This document shows positions 28,315 through 38,819 of a DNA stretch of 64,000 nt, piece by piece. The stretch is from Geosiphon pyriformis uo1 (Eukaryota; Fungi; Glomeromycota): contig JAAOMT010000630.1 of NCBI GenBank assembly GCA_016748015.1, positions 263,254 through 327,253 on the forward strand, written 5' to 3'. The notes beneath the pieces were generated by a model that saw only the letters and a list, made by a program, of their open reading frames with translations, was not told where the DNA came from and did no database searches. The stretch's first letter is position 1. The number at the start of each line of letters is the position of its first letter. The position numbers and the translations under genes were made by a program.

Positions 28315-28466
28315 ACTATCTTCTAAATTGCGTGTTAAGAAGGACCCTAATACCAGAAATTTTTATTATGCATATATATAGCCAATAGCGTGTCCCAACT
28401 TAAATCATAAGACTTGATCATCGCTATAAATAACGCGCGAGTTGAAATCAATCAACTTTTAGAAAA

Positions 28467-29584
28467 ATGGATTCCTCTCCTTCACAAACACCTCCTTCCC
28501 AACGTAAAGTCCCTGCTGGTTCGTCTTCCAATAAGAAGCGCCCTAAAATGCAGAAATCGCTTTCAACTCCCGGAGGTGTGAACGCTAGCTTGACTACGGG
28601 CAGAGGTGGGAGAGGATCAAGAGGAAGCGGACGTGGTGGAGGCAGAGGTAGCCGTGGAGGAACAGGTCGCAAATCATCCAATCCACGAAAATCCTCCCTA
28701 CAAACAACAAGCGTACTCCCAGAACAAGCCTCAGGGTCAAATTCAGCAGCGGCAACTCCTGCTCCCACCATTCCAAGCATACCGTCCACTCCTCGGGATT
28801 TTTCCGTACCGCCTACTCCACGTGGAGAATATTTTGAATTTCAAACGACCACCAGTCCAGAAAATGCTCTCCTCGAAGAAAAAGAAAAGTCCGGAAAGGA
28901 GGAAGCAGATGATGAAGAGGAGGAGCATGATGAGTTCGCTATCGATCTTGATTTACACATGCAGGCACAACTTAAGAGATCCAAAGAAGAGCTAAGGTAG
29001 GGAAAACGTTTTTTAAAAGCTTCTTATTAATATATTAGAAGGAAGAGAAGATGGTCTGGTGGAGAAATGTTCTTGTTCTATAATCGTTTTTTTCATCGGT
29101 GAAGGAATGTCAACATTCCTTTCATAGGGCTTTATTAGAAAATTTTTCTGAAGAACAATTGCAACGATATGAAGTGTATCGACGCTCTTCTTTGAGTAAA
29201 CCAAACGTTAAAAGGGTATGTATTTAATTCAAGGTTTCATTGTGGAAACAGCTCAAACTCATATTTATTTCATCAGTTGGTCGGTCAAGTGCTCAATCAA
29301 CCTTGTTCACCAACAATGGCATTTGTGATCGCCGGATTTACAAAAGTTTACATTGGGGAGATCATTGAATTAGGTATAATTGTTTCAAAAGTTAGGGCAT
29401 TTAATTTATACCTCAAATTAGAATCTGACTTTTTAGTTCCTTTTTAGCTCGAGAAGTGCAAAAAGATTGGAATCAATCGGGAGCTCTCACTCCAGAACAA
29501 CTTCAAGAGGCTAACAGAAGATATAAAAAAGAAAGTGGAATGGTATTAAACCATTATCAAAAACGATTGTTCCGAAATCAATGA
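28467..29584 (+). CDS. TAF11: TFIID subunit 11 (histone fold)
   Basis: Spliced exons give [66 protein letters not shown]...LTPEQLQEANRRY. Confidence 0.9.
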
Positions 29585-29809
29585 AGTAGAAAATTTAGAC
29601 TTTGGTATTTTGTCTGTTTTATTCTAAAAGAAAATAAAAAGAGCGATAGTCAAGTAATGAAAGAATGCCCGAGTATTCTAGAGCTAAAAAAATATAGAAA
29701 ACTAAGGTAGATATGCTGGTCATTAAAGATTTAATATTAAGGCAGAATCGCAGATAGTGTTGATGTGAAAGAATCGCTTGAAGTAATAAGCTTTTTCTCG
29801 ATCTAAAGT

Positions 29810-32800
29810 TTACAATCGTTTCAACACAGACCAAGCCCGCGAAGCCCGATTTTCAAATTCTCTTTTTTCACAACTTTCAACTTGATCGTTGTGTTCGTAA
29901 CCAAGATCTTCACATTCCTCAGCACCACCCACAAGTTGAGACAGTGCATGGAACTGCTTCATAATTTCACTTCGCGGTTTTGCAATATCATTAAACCCCT
30001 CAACTTTGGAAAGTCGCCGCATATAAAGCAGCCATTGTTGAACACCTGGTTTCATACGTGTCTCGATGTCTAGAGTTTCAGGTAATTTTATATCCTTTTT
30101 ATCCGCCACGAGTTCCTCCATTATTTTCCAGCCAAAAATTCTCGCCTCCAAAACCATCCACCCAACACAGAATTCGGCCAGATCATGAATTTCACGTTCG
30201 ATTTTATTAATTTCGTAATCTTTATCATCAGGGAACACAGACACTTCAGGTATAGTTTTCTCCTCTTTATTTCGTCGAGTGATGGCTGCGATGGTTTTTT
30301 CGGCGCATCGAACAGAGGCCTCCACCTTCCCATACATCATCAACGTATAAGAGAACAATCCCAATGCAATCACTTGTTTGTTATTATTAGTATCACTCTT
30401 TGGATAGTGTTCCTTAAGATAGTTGACGAGTTTTTCGCCTAAAAGATTATTTCCAGTTGAGAAGGCCTTAACTGCACAACCAACCAAAGCGTACCAATGT
30501 GTCAACGAAGTGAAATTTGTAACATTGAGGAGCTCGTCAAAAGAGAAAGACTGGCGATTTTTGGTCTTCTTTTTTCCATGACGCATCGAAATAAAGTTGG
30601 AATATGCATCTTTAAGGTGGAACAGGGCTTGGGCATCGGAGATGTGATTAAGTGGGATTGTGCCAGTCACTATATCCTCAAAGGTTTCTTTTGCGACTTT
30701 ATTTTTTCGAAGAGCTTGTTCGGCAATCCGATTTACAACCCCTCGCCAAATATTACTTTTTTGATCACAATTCAGTGCAATCTCGAGCCATTTTTCCTCT
30801 GAATTATTGCGCTCGTTTTGGGCACGCTGCCAAAAATGAGAAGCTAACTTTTCAGCAATAAAATCAATTGATTGGAAACCAATAAATAATTGTATTGCTG
30901 CATCTGCATAAATACGTGATGTACTAAGGTATGTGGAATTATAGGTAGATTGACAGGTTTCTAAAAGATTAATCGAGCGAAGGCACGTGTATAAAATTGA
31001 GAGTCGAGACACCTTATCATTGCCTTTATTAGGCAAAGACAAAGACTTTTCGTTAGAAACGGAGGTCATTCGATTCCAAACTCTGAATTAAAAACCCCCC
31101 CCCCCCAAAAAAAATTTTTTTTTTAAATGCTCACCGCCACTTAATTCCACTTCCCCTAATCTGCTCCATAGTCCAACTTCAGTAGGTCTGTATTCGATAT
31201 CATGAATGACCGAACGACTAGAAATATCCCATCCAATGAATCTCCTAATGAGAAGCTTGAAGCATTCAGTCAAAATACCGATAATTTGGTTAAATAAATT
31301 TGAGGGAATTGGCGATGCAAGCTTATGAAGCGAACGATAAAGTTCTTTTGCACTCTTATTCTTAGAGGCCAAGACTGAAGCAATAACCTGGGTGGATTTG
31401 TAACCACAGGATTTATTGTAGAAAAACGAAGGTCTTAATATATAGGTGAAGCACAATAGGAAGGTAAAAATTCGTATAAGGTACCTGTTTATTATAATGG
31501 GTAGGGCAATTCAATTAGGAGTTCGAAAAGAGGAGCATTTGGTAAAAATACAGAGAACAAAATAAGTACCATAGATCGATGGCAAGTGTTCCATCATTTG
31601 TAGAGAAACTATTTTTTAAAGAATTGGGACTCTCTTGTATAACATTATCATTTGAATAGCTCATAGCACGACCCTCATGTTTATGAGGGCCAATAGAGTG
31701 ATCCGCACTAACTCCAGAATTTCCATATTCTGATGGTGGTGCAAAGAAGGTAATGCACATGAACAATGCCATCAATGCTCTAGAACCAGTATTTCCATTT
31801 GGTGGAGTGGGAGGATCAAGCGAATTTTCTGAATCTTCCAAGGGAGGACCTGAGCAATAATCACTACCCTCATTGGATGAATGGGAATCGGACTCGTTTT
31901 TTGGGACGGTACGTGTACCCAGGTACGTATTATAAAGTTCAATACCACCAGGTAGTTGTGCAATTATTTTTTTCAAAATTTCATTTTGATCCTTGAATTC
32001 TTGATTGTTCTTTTTCAAATGAATTATATACTCTGTAGCTTTTCGGAGAATGGTTGCTTTATTCAATTTGGTAGCGGCAGGAATACCATCAACTTCGTCA
32101 TCCTCGTCCTCGTCTTTATTGTCTTTACTTTTCAAATGGCATAAAGCGGGTACCACATTCTTAAGATCATTAATGCGATCATTGATATTATTTCGATAAC
32201 GACGTTCAATCGCATTATGGGCAACTTTTTTTTGCTGCTTATTAGGTTGTGATTGCGAATTATTGCTCGGCTGCGATCCCACTGGCTTAAGTCGATTTAT
32301 AGGAAGTTTATTGAGAGTACTTATTATTGGAGGGTTCGGTGATTCATCACGTGTTATTGATACAACGGGAAGGTTAGAGAGTTGTAAGACTCGATCTATG
32401 GGTAGAAGGCAAGTCAATGCATAATATGGATTCGTTAAACTGTAGATCAATTTTGAAATTTTCAATAAGAAAAATCAAAGCTTATACCCATTAGCCCATT
32501 TTGTAAATCGGCATTATTCAAACCCGTAAAAAAATTCGAGTTCGAGGGTGAGAGCGTTTGTGTTTGGCCAGGCCACACTCCTTGACCAAAGGTTGAAAAA
32601 GCAGTTGTGTTAAAGTTAGATGGAACTTCGCTCGGTGAACTTGGCAGAAAAATGCCTTGAGTGTCAGTAAGAGGAGTTGTTGAATCTAGACCTAATAAAG
32701 GAGCCCTCAGTGTTTGTACATAAGTATTTACAGCAGAAGTAAGATCAACGGGTTCATCTTTGGTACACTGCTTCTTTTTAGAAGTGATTCCAGCAGGGCT

Positions 32801-33412
32801 ATTAATTAAATTTTTGTAAGCATTGGCGTTATTAGATGCCTTGCGCTTTTTAATTTTATATCTATTGTCTTGATTCGCAAAGAGATGGTTTTCGTCAACT
32901 GTTTGACATTTATTTGAAGTCTCTGCTTGTTGAGCCATGGCAGCTGCTATATCCATTTTGTTTGGTAATAATTGATCAAATGAATCATCAAAGCCAGAAA
33001 AATCATTTAATTCATCCCCGGTTGTGTATGAGTGAGGCGAGTTAATTAATGACTGAGATAAAGCTATTGTATCTAGGGGACTCAACGCAAACAAATCAGG
33101 GGCGAAAAGGGCAGCATGTTCAGGTGAAGAAACTGACTCATTTTCAATTTTCCATTGCAGATTTGAATAGTTCGTAAAATCATTTTGTTGGGAGGAGTTT
33201 CCCAAGTTAGTCGTATTTGCGGCGATTAGTGCTTGTAATTGAGCCTCAAACCCAGCGTTCGTGATGTTGGAAGAAGCGGGACTCGAACTTTCAAGAAGCG
33301 AAGAATTTGTAAGGTTGTCAAAATAGGTTTGGCACATTAAGTCTTGTAGGTCATCGTTTGTGATCGACTGCATTGGGAGTGTGTTGAGTGTAGAATTACT
33401 TTCGTCCATCAT
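29810..33412 (-). CDS. SRE1: Sterol regulatory element-binding protein (SREBP): bHLH-ZIP, membrane hairpin and C-terminal regulatory domain
   Basis: bHLH KKVAHNAIERRYRNNINDRI carries the SREBP-diagnostic Tyr, followed by KLNKATILRKATEYI. TM1 is SRALMALFMCITFFAPP, a second TM lies near 31450, and a long helical C-terminus follows. Confidence 0.9.
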
Positions 33413-33613
33413 GATATTTACAAATTGCGAAAAATTATCCCGTATTTTACAAAATATCAAAGTTTTAAATAGGTTGATTTTAATGTTAAAAATTAATTTT
33501 TTGGCAGGGTAGACATTAAATAATTAGTGAAATCGTTATCATTTGTTGGTTAGAGGAAAAGAGTAGCGGAACTAAGAACCAATCGAAGGTATAGTGCAAG
33601 ACACTTAAAGACT

Positions 33614-33696
33614 AAAATCACGTGATTTTTCCCCATTTTTGAGGGTAGAATATATATTAGGCGGTTTTATGCTATTTTCCGGGAAAATCACGCAAC
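33614..33696. promoter_or_regulatory. Palindromic E-box AAAATCACGTGATTTT plus SRE-like ATCACGCAAC upstream of SREBP
   Basis: Perfect 16-bp palindrome at 33614-33629. ATCACGCAAC at 33687-33696 has one mismatch to ATCACNCCAC. Both lie 200-285 bp upstream of the SREBP ATG. Confidence 0.6.
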
Positions 33697-34378
33697 TTCA
33701 TGCTAATTATTGTGATTGTGATTTGTTCTGACTCGTATTTTGGCATTTTTTGTTTGCATGATAATTTAATTTGGGTAATTTGGCTGAAATCTTAAAAATA
33801 AAATTGGAAAATGTATAGTACTATTTTTTTTGTTAAAATATTATATTTATTTTAATGATTTTAAAATGATTTTATAATTACATACATATATATATTTATA
33901 TTTTAATATTTTTAAAAAAATTAAAAAAAAAGCAATTAAATTATTATAAATTAAAGAAAGATGTTTTTTTATGATGTTATAAAAACCAATATTTTTTGCT
34001 TTTGCCAAATTAAGAAATTACATTTATCAACAAAGTGTGGATTTATATATTCAAAAACTAAATATGTCTTATTATAAATACAGCTTATGCATTTTTTATA
34101 TTTAAATTTATATTAAAATTACATTAAGCTAAAACAATCCGTTTTCTTGCAAGTCAGTATGAGTCGAAAACGTTTGTGCATTATTAAGGAGAAAGGTATT
34201 ATTATAAACAAATCATTGTTAGAATGACTCACCTAATCAATCATTTGCTCTTTTCACTTAATATAGACTTTGTGTTACCTTTTAAAACCTATCAAAAGGA
34301 ACATGGAACGCAGCCAAAAGAAAATAATTTTTTTCTTGTCTTCTCTTTAAAAATTTCAACAGATCAGCTGGCGACAAG

Positions 34379-36842
34379 ATGTCCTCCACTACTTATCGAA
34401 CTCGAAAATCTTCTCCACAGAGTAGTGGGTTTCCTACCCCGGCACAAAGTCGTGAGACTTCTTCTGAAAGAGGCTCAACTGTAAGTGATACAGCTCGTCA
34501 AAGACAGTCAAAGAAGGATGAGGTAATTTAGAAACCAACATCCTAAACTATTGACGGTCTTTGGAGTTTTTACCACTGATCTATCTTAGGGTGCTTTGAA
34601 CTTACACTTACAATTTTTTACCAACTTTTCTGTAGGCAATACGCAAAAAAGCCGAACATGACCTCTCAAGCAAAAATAGGCGCTCAAGAAAACCAAGACA
34701 ATTATCTAACAGTCAAAAAATGGATGGAACAGTTGCCGCCTTGCGACCAACTCAAGCTCTTACTGTTCGGGAAAATTTCTTGGTAGAAGAGGCAGCACAG
34801 TTCATGGCTGCCAAACGTGCCGACTGTGTCCTCGTTATTGACTCTGAAGAACACTTATCGGGTATTTTCACAGCCAAAGATCTGGCTTTTCGTGTAGTGG
34901 GTGATGGATTAGACGCAAGAACTACCACAGTAGCTAAGATCATGACCAGAGAGCCAAAATGTGTAAAGCTTGATACGTCGGCTACATTTGCTTTAGAGAC
35001 GATGGTTGACCGGGGTTTCAGGCATCTTGTATGCTGAGTATTTATACTATTAGTTCTTGCGATCTTTAATTATTTGACTAATCATTTCTAACAACATCAT
35101 CATATCATATTTAAAGCCGATTTGTAACGAAGATGGCGATGTTGTTGGTCTGCTTGACATTACGAAATGTTTATATGAAGCTCTTGAAAAAATGGAACGT
35201 GCATATGGTTCATCAAAAAAGTTATATGATGCACTGGAAGGCGTGGAAAAAGAATGGTCTAATCAACCGGCTCACATAATACAATATCTTGATATTTTAC
35301 GTGAAAAGATGTCTTGTCCGGATTTAACAACAGTGTTGGATGAACGATCGGTACCTGTTTTCGTCAGTATTCGTACCTCCGTGAGGGATGCAGCCCGCAT
35401 GATGCGAGAACACCGTACTACAGCTGTTCTAGTAATGGAACATGATGTGATCGCTGGTATCTTCACTAGTAAAGATATTGTATTAAGAGTCATCGCGGCT
35501 GGTCTTGATCCTTCGACTTGCCCTGTGGTCAAAGTAATGACACCACATCCTGACACTGCTTCATCAAATACAAGCATCCTTGATGCTTTAAAAAAGATGT
35601 ATGGTAAAGATCATATTTTTATTAAAAAATTAATTTCCGATATGGAGTCGAAAGTTTCTATGCACCTTCTCCTTTCAATAGCAAGTTTTGTGCCCTTTGG
35701 TGAATTTCTTTTTGCCAAATGATACCATATACAGTCCTTGTTATCCAAGGGGAGAGATAAGAAAATCATTTCAAAATTTTATTTTTAGAGGAAACAAACT
35801 TCAACAGTGCTTTTCTCACTGAATTCTGAACTGACATATTACACCGCATTTTCATTGTATTAAGAATAGAATTTTGTTTAATGATCGGTGCTAACAATTA
35901 TCTTTTTGATCGCTAGACGGTCATTTTCTAAATCTTCCGGTTGTTGATAGCGGTCACATTATGGGAATGGTTGACGTGTTAAAACTAACTTATGCAACCA
36001 TGGAACAGGTAAATAAAAGCCCGAAATTCCTTTAATTTTGGGATTATCACTAATGAGTTTACCCTTTTGCTTGTTTACAGATGTATTCCATTCAAGGGCA
36101 AGATAATCATGAGTCTAGCGCTGGTCCAATGTGGGGACGATTTTGGAATTCTTTGAATAATGAAGATAATGAATCAGCCGTTTCAGATTCTATATCACCC
36201 TCACAAAGTGCCTCCAATATACCTCCCCCTTCACCAGCCTCTCATATGAGAGGCTCAGGTCACATTTCACCAATCCCCGAAATTCATCCTAGTGAATCTG
36301 CATCAGCTATTGATGATAGTGGTTCGATGGCATCTTTTGTCAGAGGACATGATGAAAATATGTTCACCTTCAAATTCAAATCACCAGCTGGCAAAACTCA
36401 TCGATTTACCGTCGATTATCATCATCTCTACGACCTGAGAAACCATGTTGCCTCAAAGCTTCCGAAGACGATAAAAGCTTTCACGTTAGCTTACGTAGAT
36501 GATGACAATGATCAGGTTATCATGTCAAGCGATGAAGATGTGATCGACGCCGTGAAAATTGCCCAGCGGCAGGGTCTTTCTCGAGTCTTATTGCATGTTA
36601 ACGAAATTGAGGAAAAGAAATCCAGTTCAAAGTCTCGAGGTAGTCGAACACAAAGTGAAGAAGAATATGGGGAAGATGATTCGCAAGACAAGAAAAGTAG
36701 GAGGAAGAGACGAACTAAAAATTTTGAACGTCAAATTCCACCACCGCTGCCAGCTGGAAACGATATTATACTACCTGCGGCGCTCATAACGCTTGGTATC
36801 GTCATCGTAGGAGTATTTGCTGTAACAAAATTTGTACGCTAA
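34379..36842 (+). CDS. CBS-CBS-PB1 domain protein with C-terminal TM anchor (Mug70/CBSCBSPB-like)
   Basis: Motifs RQRQSKKDEAIRKK, two CBS pairs (GIFTAKDLAFRVV, GIFTSKDIVLRVIAAGLDP), EGPMW-like AGPMWGRFWNS, PB1 (FKFKSPAGKTHRF...YVDDDNDQVIMSSDED) and a hydrophobic tail. Confidence 0.9.
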
Positions 36843-37510
36843 TCTTTTTAAATGGCAGAAATGTCAATATTTTCAGCTTCACAAAAAATCATTTAATCAC
36901 AAGTGGGAGATTCAAATCGGTTAGAGTATGTTTTTCTCTAGACTGTAATATTTATCAAACCTTGAGCCGCCCATTTCTTTCCTATTATATATTTTCTGGA
37001 TCGCAAAATTTCCCCATTTTATAGATTATGGACATTTTGGAATATTTCGAACCTTTTGCTTTTCAAAAAGTTTTCCTTCCCAAGTTGTTAACGTCAAAGG
37101 CGTCCATTTTCCCTAACATTTATTTATGTTTAGTTTTCAACTATTTTTCTAGGATTATTATCTTTGTATATTTCTTTTTTGTCTTTAGAAGCAGGAATTT
37201 TTATTTCAAAGAACCCTTCATCTTCGCCAATCGATCCTGACACCACACCATTTATTCATCATCTTTTTTAAATGCATATTGCACCTCTAAGGCTCATAGA
37301 ATGGTTGATGATGTTGGGTGGTACAAAAGAAAATTACGAGCTTAATATTTTCAAGAGTAATTAATCACTATATCTAGTTCATCGTTTTTATAAACCAAAA
37401 TTTAGCCATTCAATTTTGTTTAATGCCAGTTAGTAAAATGAATTAGCCACTTGTATGTATAACAGAATTTGTTACTCTAAACCAAAGTGAAATGTAAACG
37501 TCACTCAGTT

Positions 37511-37830
37511 ATGACATTTGTGAAAATATTTCAGACCGCCATAAATAGTCAACACCTTACCAGAAAGGTCCGTGTCTCTAACGCCAAGCAGAAAGAGGAT
37601 CTCGAACAAAAGTGGCTCCCCTCTTCTAATTTCTAACACACAAACTTCTCAGCAATAATATCAGTTCGTGCTCTGTTCTAATTCAGGTAGATGGAGGACT
37701 ATTTCGCACCTCTTGCTGAGTGCGCCTCGGCGGAGTGAGTGCGTTTCAGCGAATTAGCTGAATCGGGGAACTGCCTTAACTTCGCGCTGAGGCAACAATC
37801 ACCTGGTCACTTGCTGCCCGCGGGTCGGGG
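37511..37830 (+). pseudogene. tnpA: IS607-type TnpA (serine recombinase) remnant
   Basis: RVSNAKQKEDLEQ at 37571-37609 matches the serine-recombinase catalytic motif (Y-x-RVSS-x-x-QK-x-DLERQ). Weaker frameshifted traces follow (VA.L, GLF, VRFSELAE, QSP). Confidence 0.65.
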
Positions 37831-37948
37831 AAGGTGGGCAAGCGGAGGCACTCCATCCACTTACCGCTAATATTTTGCTTTTGTGTTTTGTCGTTTCTCT
37901 GTTAAAACGTATTACTTACCACGATGTATTCTCATTATTATTAAGGAG

Positions 37949-38819
37949 GATGTCAAATCAGTTAGGTCTCTGGCCGTTTTGAAACCCTCAGAAGCAGCTA
38001 TGGATGGGCTTGACGAAATTTGCCTTTAATACCGTAGTCAGGTGGAACAAAAGGCTTTGTGTTATGTTGAAGCAAAATGGCATTACGAAAAAGAAATGGG
38101 TGAAGCTTATGATAGTTTAACAAAAACGTCTTCTTTTTGATAATCTTTTGGCTATCTGGGGGAACAAATGTTTTGTAAAGCTGTTATCCATTTTGGCATG
38201 CTCTTACGAGGTTGTTTAGTTTCGGCTCCTGCTAATATTACTGATAAAAGCATCGATCAGATGCTGACAGCACGAGACGAAATTGTTAAACATAATACAT
38301 AGGGACAACAAGGCGCGGCAACACATCATATTTCTTTCTTCACTTGGTATTCCCCTTTAATAGGGTGATTAAAACGGGGTCGATGAGATCGGAAGAATTG
38401 TTCCTCCATCCAAGTATATGGATAACCTGATTTCGAAAAAGTTAAACTAGCTTTCTGCTCAAAACTTAAAAAACACAAGATCCAGGGATTTGACAAAGCA
38501 GTCTCGCACATGCGACGAAGGATTATGCGTCTGCAGTGAAATCCACAGGGTGACGATTGTATTCTTCACTCGCGGGTTGGACCCAATCGTCATCCTGCCG
38601 TTTGAAGTGTCAGACATGAGAAATCGTAAGGGGAAAATACTCTCCTTGGATACATTAACGTGTTGTCATCCAAAATGAGGCTTATAAATTAAAGGTTTGT
38701 AGTTGGTGTGGTAGCATACAAAGCGGGGTTTTAACGGACAGAGATGAAAATGGTGCTCGGGGATCCTTCTCCAGGCATTGCTTGAGGGACATGCAGGAAA
38801 TAGTAATCTTACTAAGTAA
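37949..38819 (+). pseudogene. tnpB: Fanzor2/TnpB (IS200/IS605/IS607 OrfB-like) RNA-guided nuclease pseudogene
   Basis: Collinear motifs across frameshifts: QLWMGLTKFAFNTVVRW (37995-38045), SFFTWYSP (38333-38356), MDNLISKK, DKAVSHMRRRIMRLQ-SEIHRVTIVFFTRGLDPIVILPFEVSDM (RuvC-II Glu at 38604), VVIQNEAYKLKVCSWCGSIQ (38662-38721), DRDENGARG-ILLQALLEG (RuvC-III Asp at 38743). Confidence 0.88.

Noticed and set aside
4133-36789. Numerous short antisense or alternate-frame ORFs overlapping real genes (e.g. 8308-8547, 23940-24335, 28448-28789, 35272-35577)
   Set aside because: Shadow ORFs of the annotated coding exons, with no independent motifs.
37772-37800. TGCCTTAACTT resembling the 5' end of U12 snRNA
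   Set aside because: Lacks the GUAAGGA branch-pairing sequence, and I could not identify an Sm site in the expected position.
37543-38040. GACTA/TAGTC pairs suggesting group I intron P7 (IStron)
   Set aside because: Flanking R and S consensus matches are poor and the order and spacing are unconvincing. It cannot be called without a covariance-model hit.
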